From a virus (taxonomy: Duplodnaviria > Heunggongvirae > Uroviricota > Caudoviricetes), in IMG/VR virus record IMGVR_UViG_3300025765_000001: 64,000 bases of DNA, one strand, 5' to 3'. The stretch's first letter is position 1; each line of letters begins with the position of its first letter. This document shows positions 30,947 through 42,295 of this stretch, one piece after another. The position numbers and the translations under genes are program-made. The notes under the pieces are model-generated. The model made no database searches. It was not told where the DNA came from and saw only the letters and a program-made list of their open reading frames with translations.

Positions 30947-32476
30947 TTACAGTGCCAGGGCCTTAGTGCCCCGCTCCGCACTAGCACGTTTCTCTCTTTC
31001 TTCTTCTAGTTCTGCCATCTTCTGGGCAATTTCATCCGCAGAGTATTGCTGCCCGAACAAACCTCTGTTGGCGTCCAGCATGTCTTCTATTTGTTTGAGT
31101 AGATCGGCCTCTTTCCGACTATGTACACCCATTTCGTAGTCGGCTATTCTACGTCTGATGATATTTTGTACCCTATCCAAGTCCACTTCGCCACTCGGTA
31201 ACAAAGCCGGGCCGAAGTATCGCAACATGGCTGGAGTTGCGTGCATGATCTTGTTGTACGGCATGTTGGTACGTGGATCAATGTCTCGCTTGATAGCCTT
31301 CGCCCAATTTGGTACGTCTTCGCCACGCCTCTGCCTCTTGAACATTCTCAAAGCATCTAGCGGGTCTTTAGCCGCTATAGTGTGGGTAGCTCCAGCACCA
31401 CCACCAGAACCGTGCCCTGTGATTGTAGGCACTGGCACAATACCATGCAACTTCTTGCCAATGGCCGTAATCTTCATTTTGTTGATGTCGGTTTTCAATT
31501 GCTGATAGTTAGGATCGTTTGGATTCAACGCAGGTTCAAGATCAGCATATAGACCATGACCTCCATCAATGATGGATTTGTACATGTAGCCAACGAAATC
31601 AACCCATACATCCCACAACTCCTTTGTCCCAATACCACGCTGCTTAAATTTCTCAATGGTAGCAGTGTATTTCTTGAGACCTTCGATAGTTTTCTTGTTA
31701 AGTGGCCCGGCTTTACCCCCACTTTTGCCCCAATTGTCAGGATTCAAGTCTTTAGCTAGATCGGGCCATACTTTGCTGTAGATGTCTATGTTATGAGTAT
31801 CCAGGCAACCACTCCGACCAAATATAAGCTGGGCCATGAAACCCGCTTTAACAGGAGCAACACCCGGAATCTGGATCAGAGCCGAAAGCAAGTCTACGTC
31901 ATCCCCACCAGCGGCAGCCTGCCGAACCTTCTGCCACAGGTCTTCCTTGTTGTTCCAGACGTGTAGAATTGTGTCGTATTTCCATCCTGAGACCGTAGCA
32001 CCGATTGTAGAATACTTTTCATTGAATGCGGCAATTACCTTTTTCAAATCTTCTGGATTCTTGACGCCATTGGGGAAGAAGTGCCGCAATATAGTCATAA
32101 CAACAGGGAAGTTGTCCCAATGCTTAGCAAAACTCACATTGGCAGAGAGCGGCGAGAAGAGCATGACCTGGGCGAAGTTGGCAGGGCTGCTCATCGCATA
32201 TTGTTGGATGACTTTGATTTCTTTGTCGTAAGAACTAAGAGGCGTGATGGGGCAGCCTTGAAACTCAGGACGTGCGTACTTGGCTTTTGGGTCTTCGTTT
32301 GGATCATCGAAGAGTCCCAATTGATTTGAGATTGTGGCGTTACGGAACTTATTGGGGTCTTTTCTCTCTACAAGAGCTAGTTGCCGGTCATGTTCCAGGT
32401 ACAGGGCGGTTTCTATGTACGCTGCAAGAGCCTCACCCAACGCCAGCCATTGTCCGAATTTATCCGTGCAGTTCAT
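30947..32476 (-). CDS. 509-aa protein with a helix-hairpin-helix (HhH-GPD glycosylase-like) core; candidate virion-internal protein
   Basis: 'IPGVAPVKAGF..QL..G..GCLDTHN' resembles HhH + catalytic K/D; N-terminal 'FGQWLALGE'; TACATA 5 nt before the ATG. Confidence 0.5.
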   Translation of the reverse strand: MNCTDKFGQWLALGEALAAYIETALYLEHDRQLALVERKDPNKFRNATISNQLGLFDDPNEDPKAKYARPEFQGCPITPLSSYDKEIKVIQQYAMSSPANFAQVMLFSPLSANVSFAKHWDNFPVVMTILRHFFPNGVKNPEDLKKVIAAFNEKYSTIGATVSGWKYDTILHVWNNKEDLWQKVRQAAAGGDDVDLLSALIQIPGVAPVKAGFMAQLIFGRSGCLDTHNIDIYSKVWPDLAKDLNPDNWGKSGGKAGPLNKKTIEGLKKYTATIEKFKQRGIGTKELWDVWVDFVGYMYKSIIDGGHGLYADLEPALNPNDPNYQQLKTDINKMKITAIGKKLHGIVPVPTITGHGSGGGAGATHTIAAKDPLDALRMFKRQRRGEDVPNWAKAIKRDIDPRTNMPYNKIMHATPAMLRYFGPALLPSGEVDLDRVQNIIRRRIADYEMGVHSRKEADLLKQIEDMLDANRGLFGQQYSADEIAQKMAELEEEREKRASAERGTKALAL

Positions 32477-32929
32477 GAAGTTATGTAGAACTGCAAAGGA
32501 ATAATTTTGCTAGCACAGAAAGGTTGGCAGGTGTTATTCGCAGAAAACCTCGCTGAATTCGAGGGCGTTGGCGTCCAGGGCGATGTCCTCGTTGACCGAG
32601 TTGACTTCTTCCTCGATTTTCTCGGTCTTTTTCTTGAGGGTCGGAAACAGTTCTGTGCCGTCGAGCTTCTGGCCCTTGACGACAACGGCATCCCGCCGAT
32701 TGAGCAAGTGTTTGTAGTCCTTGCTCTTCTTGAATTCGGCGACACGCTCTTCGTGACCTTCGCTCTTGACCTCGGTGATGCGTTGTGCAACCTGCCCTAG
32801 CTCATCCAGCGAAAGCTGGCTCAGATCGACGGACATAGTTCACCCCTTCCGTGTAAGCAGAAACGGCTAGTGCGTAGTAAACGAGGCTATACACTGCCGT
32901 TTTTCGCTTGATCTGTCAATACAGAGTTT

Positions 32930-33481
32930 TTAGTAGTCATCTTTGTCACGCCCACTGGCCTTCGAGGGACGCCAAGTAGTGACATACTTGATGATCTCGG
33001 CCAGCAAGATTGTCTTCTGCGGCCCCACCAGCTTGCAGTACGCTTCGCAGAGCGGTTCAAGTGTCTCCATGTCGATCCGTCGCTTGTTATCCTTGCGTTC
33101 CTTCGCCTTCATGTCGATGCCGTAGTCAATGGCACGGCTCTTAGCCTGCCACTTGGCAACATCTTCCTTATTCTTCCATTGGCCTTGATAGCTGGCAGAA
33201 TGGGGATAAATGCTGCCACGATCATTGGTAGACGGGTCTTCCTGCTCGAATTTGTAGATGGAGCCGGGCGAGGCACCAGCGGCGACGTTGTTGTACTTCT
33301 TTTTCTTCGCTCCATAGATTCGTGTTTTCACGTCCTTGGGGAGCGGGCTGCCGTCGTTCGGAATACCCTCGATCTCAGCCCACTTGTGGACCTTGAGAGC
33401 ATCTTGGCCCGCACGGACACCCAGATAGAGGAGGGTGATGAAGAACTTGGGCTTGTTCTCGGTTTTTGTATCTTCACTCAT
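32930..33481 (-). CDS. Hypothetical protein
   Basis: SD GGAGG; 183 aa. Confidence 0.6.
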   Translation of the reverse strand: MSEDTKTENKPKFFITLLYLGVRAGQDALKVHKWAEIEGIPNDGSPLPKDVKTRIYGAKKKKYNNVAAGASPGSIYKFEQEDPSTNDRGSIYPHSASYQGQWKNKEDVAKWQAKSRAIDYGIDMKAKERKDNKRRIDMETLEPLCEAYCKLVGPQKTILLAEIIKYVTTWRPSKASGRDKDDY

Positions 33482-34441
33482 CTTTTACCTCCCAGGCAAT
33501 GAGGGGCTTTAGTTCGTAGACTTCCACTTTCGTCAGACCGTAAATAGGTTCACAGGAATCACTCAACTCAGCATACAATCTACTGTCGTAGCCGACGTAA
33601 TGTTTCGGCCTGAACACAGGAGTGTAGATATGCCGAGTGATACAGATGACCACCGAGATACACGAGGCGTTGATTGGTTCGATGTTGTAACACTGACGGC
33701 AGAAGTCCTTCGGCACGCCCAGCATGTCGAGGATTCAGTCCTTGCTATACGCATCGCCAACCACATCTTTTAGCGTGACCTTCATGCTTAGTTCTCGCTC
33801 GGTTGTAGTTCGTTTCTTGATCTCAGCACCACCCTCGCACCCGGAGGCGGTTCCTGGCCCTGAATGCAAACAATGGCCCATTTGCCAAATGGTTGCTCGA
33901 TCTCCCTATCGTTGAACCCCATTGCGATGCTCCTGGCATTCCATATGCCGATATAGTCGCTGATCGGCATGAACGCCAAGCCGCTCTCTGGGTTGTCCTG
34001 CCAGTGCGTCGGACGGAACGCCGCCATGTCGTAGGTAATCAACCACACTTTGAACATGGTATGCCTTCCTATGCTGTAACAGGGAACGACGCCATTCCTT
34101 GAACGTCGAGATGGTCAGATCGCCGTTCTCATCAACGTGGTAAACGACATCCACGTTCTTCGAGCCGGGAACGACCATGCCGTAGACGATCACGAAAAGG
34201 TAGATTTCGTGCAGGCCCATCTCGCTGACGATCTGGGCGAGGCGGGCACCCATCTCCTCGACGATCCAGTTGACCTTGCGGGGCTTGACGGTGATCTCGT
34301 CCTTCTGGATGAAGTCGTTCCACTCGTCGCATCGGGCGATTCCCGGCCTTCGTAGGCCCCATCTAGGGCCTTCCGCACCATCTTGCGAACGTCATTGTAT
34401 GTTATTGGTCCCTCTTGCCGTTGGGTTTCGTCAACAGGCCC

Positions 34442-34469
34442 ATTGTAGTGCTTCCTGGGCCGATGTCAA
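34442..34469 (-). promoter_or_regulatory. sigma70-type promoter
   Basis: TTGACA-N16-TACAAT with upstream ATAATGTCGC element. Confidence 0.75.
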
Positions 34470-34949
34470 GCGACATTATTAGGGACATTTTTTCGGAAAA
34501 CTTTTCAGAAAAAAGCCGGACGAATCGCTTTCCCGCCGTTATTGAGCTTTTGAAAGGAGGGCACAATGATCCCACAAGCGATTCGAGAGGCGGTTGTCGA
34601 GCTTCGCAAGGGCCTGGATTACATCAACACCGTCCTGTTTATCTCGATCACGCCGGATGAGATTATCGACCTGTATCCCTCGGACCATGAAATTGCCGAG
34701 AGCATCGAATACACCCTGGGCGATGCTTGGCAAGCTCTACGTCCAGGTGACTTATGCCGATTGGCCTCACACCAGGACGCCTCGCACTGTCAACGACGTG
34801 CTGTGGAATGTGCTGGTCCATTGCTGGTACGAATTGAGCCGGGCAGTGGATTGCAACACGGATCGACGTATCTCGCTGATGTTGGAAATATGCTAGCAGC
34901 TAGAAGACTGACTCAATTCCATTTACCCAGAGGAGGATTAGCTATTCTC

Positions 34950-35790
34950 TACCAAGTGAAATTCCTGCGTCTCGAATGTGTAGCTACCGATAGCTGGATT
35001 ACGTTTGAGCTATCCTACGCTATGGACTTCGGCAATGAGGTAGACAAATTCCTGGCCCATATGATGCCGGGCTAGGAACTGGTGTCGGGTTGCATTGCCG
35101 TAAGCAAATGGCTCACGATGATGCCAATCTAGCCGTGCGTAGGGTAGAGAAAGCCGCTCAGAAAGGTCTAAAGATCGATGTAACAGGCAATCATATTGCC
35201 GGTAGTCTTGATGAATTCAAGAGACTATTGAATGAGAATGTAAAAAAGAATGCCTCTCCTGGCGATACACTGGTTATTCACACGATAGGTCATGGTTTTG
35301 GAGATGGCAGTTTGGCGATGCTAGGCCAAAGAAGTGGGATCACAGATGCTATAGCACAAGCAGCCGAAACTAATAGCCAGTAAATACTATGGTGGCAGTT
35401 GAGTTGTCACGCCGCAGCTAGACTACCTCCTATAAACTCACTCAATGATGTGCGGCAAAGGCTATTAAGCATGATAGCCAGTTCTCATGCCAGCCAGACC
35501 AGTCCGGCAGGCGTTGAGGGCCGTATTATGGAGCGGGTATTTGTAGCCATTGCCGATGACGATAGAGGCATAGACCCAAACCAAGACGGCATTATTACAG
35601 TCGAGGAGTTGAAGGGCTTCTTAAACACAGGTCAATACAAGCGAGGAGACCTATTGTTTGCTCGCTCGCTCCAAGACCCTATATTTGGAATCTACAGACC
35701 AGCATAGGACTTGTCTATTAGAGACCCGCAAAACCCCGGACAAGTGCATCCAAGGAATTTCATACCATATCCAGATCGGCCATTATCATT
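34950..35790 (+). pseudogene. Caspase/hemoglobinase-fold cysteine peptidase with EF-hand, broken
   Basis: Dyad motifs 'HTIGHG' and 'LSCHA' in one frame, separated by TAA at 35381-35383; EF-hand 'DPNQDGIITVEE'; further TAGs at 35073 and 35705. Confidence 0.6.
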
Positions 35791-36381
35791 TCAGAGGGTC
35801 TTGAACATAGGTTCGACCACCTGGAAGAGCCGTTCGTTCTTAGTCATGTAGGATAGGCCGCAACCTTTGTAGTAATCACAGCTTCGTACTTTGTTGTCGT
35901 CTGTGTAATAGAAGCCACGGTGATTTGAGAAGATAAATCTGTAGAGCCACGGTCCTTGGAATCGCTCTATGTCAATCCAAGTATCGTGTGCAAGAATTGT
36001 TTCAGTGCCCGCCTTCAACAGCATCCGAATCTCGGCAAAGCACCCGTAGAGACTGTGATCCCCGTCTACGAAAATGAAATCAAACTCCGGGGAGATGATT
36101 TCGAGTGAGGGCTTCTGGATTAGCTGAACCTTATCGAGCCTCGTGCAGTGGGCGAGGACGTTGGCGTGAATCTTCCTTGAAGGTTTTGGATCGCATGTGG
36201 TGAAATGAAAGTCGGCACCCTGATTCAGTGCCTCAAGAAAAGCTGAAGTTGAGTAGCCATTGCAACAACCAATTTCGAGGCATCTCTTAGGCTTGGTAGC
36301 CATGAGAATGTCGTAGATCAATTGGCGGTATACAGGGCCGATAGATGACTTGATGCCGACACGGTACTTGGTGAAGTCCAT
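35791..36381 (-). CDS. Class I SAM methyltransferase (Methyltransf_24-like)
   Basis: 'LEIGCCNGYST', 'FDFIFVDGDHS', 'AHD'. Confidence 0.85.
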   Translation of the reverse strand: MDFTKYRVGIKSSIGPVYRQLIYDILMATKPKRCLEIGCCNGYSTSAFLEALNQGADFHFTTCDPKPSRKIHANVLAHCTRLDKVQLIQKPSLEIISPEFDFIFVDGDHSLYGCFAEIRMLLKAGTETILAHDTWIDIERFQGPWLYRFIFSNHRGFYYTDDNKVRSCDYYKGCGLSYMTKNERLFQVVEPMFKTL

Positions 36382-36388
36382 ACCGTAT

Positions 36389-36946
36389 CTAGGATTCTTT
36401 TGGCGGTTTCGGCGGCTCTGGTAGCGAGATGACTGTGACCTGGACATGAGGCATTACTTGCCTCAGTTCATCGGCCATTACCAAGGCGAATTCCGTACTC
36501 CCCAGCACCATGTTGAAGAAATAATTGAGGCCACGTTCCGCTACACGGATGCCGCCCATCTCGAAGCTTGTATCTAGCTCATTCAAGATGAACCTCTCCA
36601 TGTGAATGTCAACGAACGGATGCATTTCCCGCCGTCGTGCCTTCTCCAGCAACATTTGCTTCCAATGCCTGTAGTAAGGCCGCTGCATGTAGATAGGAAG
36701 CCGCCGCACGAGGCCAACGTAGCCGAAAATAAAAATGCCAGCCCCAACTACGCCGCCAAGGAAGGCTCCGTGGTAGGCCCACAGGCTGTTGTATTCGTGT
36801 TGGACGCTGAGATGGTCGATGACCAGCCAGACAGGGACCGCCACGACCCAGAACACGATGAACAGTGCGTACTGTAGACCGTCATTGAACAACACCGTCG
36901 CTCCATCCTGCCCACCACCAGTCCCATTCTTTGGTTCCGACGACAT
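36389..36946 (-). CDS. Two-TM membrane protein
   Basis: SD GAGGAG; two hydrophobic segments. Confidence 0.55.
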   Translation of the reverse strand: MSSEPKNGTGGGQDGATVLFNDGLQYALFIVFWVVAVPVWLVIDHLSVQHEYNSLWAYHGAFLGGVVGAGIFIFGYVGLVRRLPIYMQRPYYRHWKQMLLEKARRREMHPFVDIHMERFILNELDTSFEMGGIRVAERGLNYFFNMVLGSTEFALVMADELRQVMPHVQVTVISLPEPPKPPKES

Positions 36947-37400
36947 ATGGACACTCCTCGTCGCTGTGGGTGCCAGCCCTCCAGCCCAGATGATAGGCTT
37001 GATGAAGGTAGTGCTTCGAGTTTCTGTATACGGGGCAGATCATCGTTTGCATCCGTGCATTGGACAGGTTTTCACGGTGTCGTCATCGCAACGACACACG
37101 ACGCCAGGGGCGATGTTGGGCTGTCGTTCCTCAGCCAACACATCAGCACGTTCACGCAACGCTTGGGCCACGGCCCTACCGTAAGCCTGGGACTGGAAGC
37201 CTCGGCCTCGTGCTACAGAACCGGGATGCTTCTCGCCGCCTGTGATTTTCTCATACAGGAAGACGCAGAAGCTCTCCCACCCGGCCTCGATGTTCACCCG
37301 GCCATAGTGTTTGCTTTGAAACGTCTTCTGCATTTTGATACCCAGGATGTTGAGATCATCCTGAGTAATGGTGGCGTCTTCGTGCCCGTAGGCGGCTTTC

Positions 37401-37907
37401 TCAACCTTGTCCGCTAGGGCTAGAATCGCCTGCTTCTTGTCCGTTGCTGTCGCTGACATCTTCGGGTTCCTCCTTCGGAGCCGGGGGCGGTTCCACCTGA
37501 TCGAGCCAGTGATAGTTGGGTAGTTCGTCGGCGGTGCAGTGTGCCCAATCATAGGGTTGAACAGGACCGCCATCCGATGAGCCGTTGTCGTAGTCGGTGC
37601 GGCAGTTGAGCCAGCCCTTGCGAGGCCCATCCTCGATTTCTTGACCGCCGTGAGCGGGGAACCACTCACCACCAGACAAGATGAAGTACATGATCGGTTT
37701 CTTTGCCACACCGTCTGTGTTGATGGGCAGTGCCTCGATCTTATCTTGCAAAACCTGCCGCAGCGGGTTGAGAACTGAGCTATGAATCCCCGCCAGTTGT
37801 AGCGATTGCTCTAACTGCACCAGTTGTCGGACTGCCGACTTCAGGACATACTTGGTGCGAGGCATTTCGGGCTTGGGCTTGGGCTTGGCTGGCAATGCAC
37901 GCTTCAT
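37401..37907 (-). CDS. Hypothetical protein
   Basis: Part of a coupled minus-strand run of small ORFs (37040-38224). Confidence 0.5.
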   Translation of the reverse strand: MKRALPAKPKPKPEMPRTKYVLKSAVRQLVQLEQSLQLAGIHSSVLNPLRQVLQDKIEALPINTDGVAKKPIMYFILSGGEWFPAHGGQEIEDGPRKGWLNCRTDYDNGSSDGGPVQPYDWAHCTADELPNYHWLDQVEPPPAPKEEPEDVSDSNGQEAGDSSPSGQG

Positions 37908-39107
37908 TTCGCTGCCTTCTCTTTCTTTTTTCTCTGCTGCGATTTATGGATGCGTTCTAGTGCATCCTTCGCATCCACAACCTCGAAGCCAGAGGTATTA
38001 CCAAGAGACTCTACCTGCTCCTTCAAGTCCGGCGTGGTTTTTATATTGTGGTTGGCGTCGTAGATCGCATCCTCACGAGTCTGGCCTTCGCCAAGCAACC
38101 CGCCAGTCTTTAGTTCGTGAACCCGCCACTTTTTGGAGAATGGGCACCGGAACATGAAGCCCTTGAATCCCCTTAGCAGCTTCGGCGTCGATCTCAAACC
38201 GCTTCCATACCCAGGGCGGGCCAAACCTCATGAATTCGTAGAACTGACAGATCGCCCAGCGTTTCACAGTCATGTGTTCCTCCACCAGCATGATATTGTA
38301 AAACGCTGCGATGTAAAGTCAGTTGTCAGTCCTCGAAGATGGATTCCCTGTCACGATCTAGCTCAAGGCGGGCCGGAATCTGAGAGATGATTAGCTCGTG
38401 TGCCGTGTCGCCGATGATACCCATACTCTCCAGAGCTTCCCTCACAACAGTCTCCCAGAAATGGCGAGTCTTGGCCGACCGATCATCCCAAGGGATCACA
38501 AGGCCCATAGGGTTCATTGCCTTGTCACGCTGAGGGTCTTGAGACTTCCGAATGCGAGCGTAGATCATCCGTGCCAACGTGCAGTACAATGTTTCCGGGT
38601 CGGAAAAGTCTGCGGGGTGCATGTTGGCCTCCTCAACGTCGCATCTCGTGCTGGCACACTGCATTGTAGCCTCTTCGGGCATCGAAGTAAAGCGGGTTAA
38701 TGATTGTGGGGCGTCACAAGTCCTTGCAGGCCGGTAATTACGGTTTGAAGCACCGGCGTATGAACGGACATGAATTGCTGGAAAGGGTTTGCGAATTCTT
38801 CTAAGTCCTGATTCACGAACTGCTGAATGCGGCGAAAAACACCATCGCAGTGACGCAGTTGCAGGATCGTGGCCTTCCAGCCAGCAAAGTTCCTCGGAGG
38901 ATTTGGCGGCGGTGCGGGGCCTTCATCAGCCTCGTCAACGACTCGCCCGACCTGAATCATTATCCGACGCACCAGCATCTTGAAGTTGACCCACTCACGC
39001 ACTGCTCTCGCCATCTCTTGCCTGGGCAGCGTTGGAGCGTAACGAGCGGCATGGGTCATGGCCTCTTGGTATTGGTCAAGCACTGTGCGAGGTTGTGCGA
39101 ACCTCTC

Positions 39108-39488
39108 CTAGCCGGGCGATGGCGAAGCTGCGGCACCGATCTCTGGGGCCATATAGTCAATCATGCCGTCTGCACCCGTAGCTGCTAAGCCAGCGTTGTT
39201 CCGGTCGTCCAAGTGCCCATCTACCATATGCATCAATTGCCACAAGCGAAGCAGTGGGTGACGCTCAGTAAGTTGTTCTGGCCTGGGTGGTCTAGGTCCG
39301 TTGCTGAATATATCTTCCTCATCCTCTGGATCGGGAGGCGGATTAGGGCCGTGGTCAGCCCAGCCATCAGTAGGAAGTGTAGACACGCCTGTTAGAGTTC
39401 TTCGAGGCGGCGGCAAAGAAACAGTATCCCCGATGTCGCCCTCGGATTCTCTGGCTAGAACCCACTCCTTGTACGATTTAATAGCCAT
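39108..39488 (-). CDS. Putative virion-internal protein
   Basis: N-terminal 'MAIKSYKEWVLARE'; TAAATA 4 nt before the ATG. Confidence 0.5.
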   Translation of the reverse strand: MAIKSYKEWVLARESEGDIGDTVSLPPPRRTLTGVSTLPTDGWADHGPNPPPDPEDEEDIFSNGPRPPRPEQLTERHPLLRLWQLMHMVDGHLDDRNNAGLAATGADGMIDYMAPEIGAAASPSPG

Positions 39489-39539
39489 GCCGTATTTAAG
39501 CCGACGTGACTACATTATTTCATGGAGTTGTTAGTTCTA

Positions 39540-40046
39540 TTAGCGTGCGTTGCCTTGTGGTATTGGACCAAAGATGATGATGTGCAGTACAATTAAATAG
39601 GAACGGCCCGCCTTCGGCGGGCCGTTCTGCGAATCGGGCGGGTGTTGCAGCTTTGGTTTCGGTAGAACAGGCACGTAGAATTCGCAGCGGTAGACCTCGA
39701 TTTCGGGGCCGTCGCCGTGTTTTTCAGATATGCCTAATCCACCACCTGGGCCTTCCTTCTTCTTGTAGATTTTGGCCTTGTCGTAGGGCGTCTTGTCTTT
39801 GTAGGTGAAGCCGATGTCGGTCTCGCCTGTGTTGCTGGTACTGACTTTGATCTCAGACGGCATATAGCCGTTGATGATCGGGACTCGAACGGCAAACCCC
39901 TCGTACTTGACGTACTCGATGGTCTTGATCTCGAAGTCCAGATTCACGAACATGATCTTGGGTTCTTGTTTTTTCGCTGGCTCCTGGGCTTGAGTCAGTA
40001 GTGCGGTTGCTACGATCATGGTAGCGATAGCGGTCAAGCGAAACAT
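39540..40046 (-). CDS. Secreted protein with a Sec signal peptide; ORF runs through a terminator hairpin at ~39601-39627
   Basis: 'MFRLTAIATMIVATALLTQA-QE'; SD AAGGAG. Confidence 0.55.
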   Translation of the reverse strand: MFRLTAIATMIVATALLTQAQEPAKKQEPKIMFVNLDFEIKTIEYVKYEGFAVRVPIINGYMPSEIKVSTSNTGETDIGFTYKDKTPYDKAKIYKKKEGPGGGLGISEKHGDGPEIEVYRCEFYVPVLPKPKLQHPPDSQNGPPKAGRSYLIVLHIIIFGPIPQGNAR

Positions 40047-40157
40047 CTCTTCTCCTTACTTGTTCGACCGCAACTTAGCAAGGAGTCGGAGTAGTACCCA
40101 ATGTTGGCATTCGTGCCCTTGTTGCTAATCCGCACACGATATTGTGGTTGCGACATC

Positions 40158-41372
40158 TTAGATCAACCAAATACTATTCCGGCCCGCCTCGGTAGAGAGG
40201 AACTTGGGATCAGGGACAATGCCAACCCTGGACAGATCAAGTCGGTCGGCATCCCAGCACACGCCCACTGTGGGGTCGTCGCTCACTTGCCCGTCGTTGT
40301 GTAGACGGCAAGCATGTAGCAGCTTTTCCAGCCGGTCTCCCTTCAGTTCCTTGAGCATCCAGTTCTCACGGTTCTTGAGGATGAATTCGGCTGCACGATA
40401 ACCGTGCCGTGGATCGTCCATCTCATTCTCACGCTGGCAGTCATGCGTGATTGCAAAGAGGCGACATACTAGCTCATCGGCCCCCTTGGTCTTCTTGGCG
40501 AGGGCGATAGCATTTCGCTCTACCTTCTCCCAATGGTGAGGGCCATGATCGCTCCAGCCCTTGTCCAGAGGGAAAGCCTTCTTGCAGTCATCCAGAATGA
40601 TCTCTAGGATACCTGGACGACTCAACTTCCGCAGGGTTTTGAATTCGATATTGGCCGGGTCTACCACGATCTCTAATTCGTTACGCCCGCCCAGGTAGGC
40701 GATAACATGCTCCTTGCGAACGCTGGCAATGGCGACGTGGCCCGCTCGCTGGAATCGGTGTGCGAACCACTTGGCCTTGTTATAGCTGAGGGTCCAGCTA
40801 TAGCCCCGGCGATTGACGGTGTGGTGCCCTCGGTAGATCATGAACTGGTCGGGTAGTTTGGCTAGAAACGCACGCTCCTTCTCGTCCATCATGCGTTCAC
40901 GAGAGCCACGAGGACTCCTAAGCAGTCTGGAGATGAAGTAGATTTGCCAGAGGTTCTCGGTGTCCGACCACACTTTGCCCAGCAACTCCCAATACTCTTC
41001 GTCGGTGAGCATGTAGGCAATCTCATCGAATGCCTCAAAGCGGTGGGGCCGCTCGTGCAGGAAGATGAAACTACCCCACTTGCCTTTTTCCCTGGCCTCC
41101 TCGACGGCTTTTTGCTTGTACCTGTACTGTTCGTTATAGAGAGCGTTTTGCATCTCCATGTACGGCACTGCGAATAGAAGCGGATGTTTGAGCATTGGCC
41201 AGCCAAGCGATGAACCACGGCCCGGCTTGGTGAGACAGGCGGCGAGATCAGGATGCAGAGCCTCTTTGCGTTCGAGCAGCTTGGTGAATTCATTCATAGC
41301 TGTCTCGGCTTGTTCCTTATTCATTAACCCCGCAGGGAGTTTTGGAGCGGCGTTGGACATTCTCTCCTCCAT
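40158..41372 (-). CDS. ADP-ribosyltransferase-like domain fused to an HD phosphohydrolase
   Basis: R-S-E-type motifs 'IYRG', 'SWT', 'NELE'; HD motifs 'HG..HW', 'THD', 'H', 'WDADRLD'. Confidence 0.65.
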   Translation of the reverse strand: MEERMSNAAPKLPAGLMNKEQAETAMNEFTKLLERKEALHPDLAACLTKPGRGSSLGWPMLKHPLLFAVPYMEMQNALYNEQYRYKQKAVEEAREKGKWGSFIFLHERPHRFEAFDEIAYMLTDEEYWELLGKVWSDTENLWQIYFISRLLRSPRGSRERMMDEKERAFLAKLPDQFMIYRGHHTVNRRGYSWTLSYNKAKWFAHRFQRAGHVAIASVRKEHVIAYLGGRNELEIVVDPANIEFKTLRKLSRPGILEIILDDCKKAFPLDKGWSDHGPHHWEKVERNAIALAKKTKGADELVCRLFAITHDCQRENEMDDPRHGYRAAEFILKNRENWMLKELKGDRLEKLLHACRLHNDGQVSDDPTVGVCWDADRLDLSRVGIVPDPKFLSTEAGRNSIWLI

Positions 41373-41671
41373 CGAACTTCAGTGCTAGTTCTAACATCGC
41401 TTTCTCCTTGTGTAGTTGGAGATAGCGATTACCCATTGTGTCAACGGCTGCGATCTTCGCAATTGCACGAGGGTAGTCCATGAAGCGGGCCTCGGTCTCT
41501 CGCTCTTGCAACAGGGATTCCGGCGAGATTACCGTGAATCCTAAAGACCGGGCTTGAGCGTCAGTCATCCCCCGTATGCGTGCAACCGCCGTCAACATGA
41601 TTCCATTATACTCCTGAAAGGCCTCCTGTCTATTTACGGTGTCAGAGATTAAGTACCTTCCCTCTATTTTG

Positions 41672-42295
41672 TCAGAGTTTCAAAATCTGACCCCGATGGA
41701 CTCTCCGCATGTATTCGATGATCGTCTCGGTGGGTTTCTTGACCCCAGGAAGATGAAATTCGTTGGCCTCGTGCTGGCCGAAGACTTCGGCGTAGCCACA
41801 CAGAGAGTAGCCCATCTGCATGTAGAACTTCATCCACTCTTCCATCGAGAACATGCCGTTGTACAGATCGTAGATCAGCGTGTCAAGGTTGAGACTGGCC
41901 CTGGTTTCCGTGCAGTGGCTTCCGTAACCCTGCTCGCCGTCAGCGTGGTTCTCGACGGACGCCGGGATGTAGACGCCGCTATATTCATACAACCAGTTGA
42001 TGAAACTGTTTTCTTTCCACCGCCATGTCCGGCCTCGCCGTGGGTCTGCGGGCTGCGGGGTTTCCACGATATCGTGGTTGAAGATAACAGCAAGATCGGC
42101 CATGTCCTCGTATTCGGAGTCTCGCACTTCTTCAAGCGGGATCACCCGCTTGATCTCGCAGGGTGTGACTTCGACCTTGTTGCCCTTCTCGGTGACATAA
42201 CGCTCGATGTTACGTCGGGGCGGAAAAGAAAGTTGATAACCCTTCATCGGATCGTCCTTTCGATTGGAGATTTTGTGGGGTCCATTGGCTGTCAT
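41672..42295 (-). CDS. Hypothetical phage protein
   Basis: 207-aa ORF with protein-like composition ('FYMQMGYSLCGYAEVF'). Confidence 0.55.
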   Translation of the reverse strand: MTANGPHKISNRKDDPMKGYQLSFPPRRNIERYVTEKGNKVEVTPCEIKRVIPLEEVRDSEYEDMADLAVIFNHDIVETPQPADPRRGRTWRWKENSFINWLYEYSGVYIPASVENHADGEQGYGSHCTETRASLNLDTLIYDLYNGMFSMEEWMKFYMQMGYSLCGYAEVFGQHEANEFHLPGVKKPTETIIEYMRRVHRGQILKL

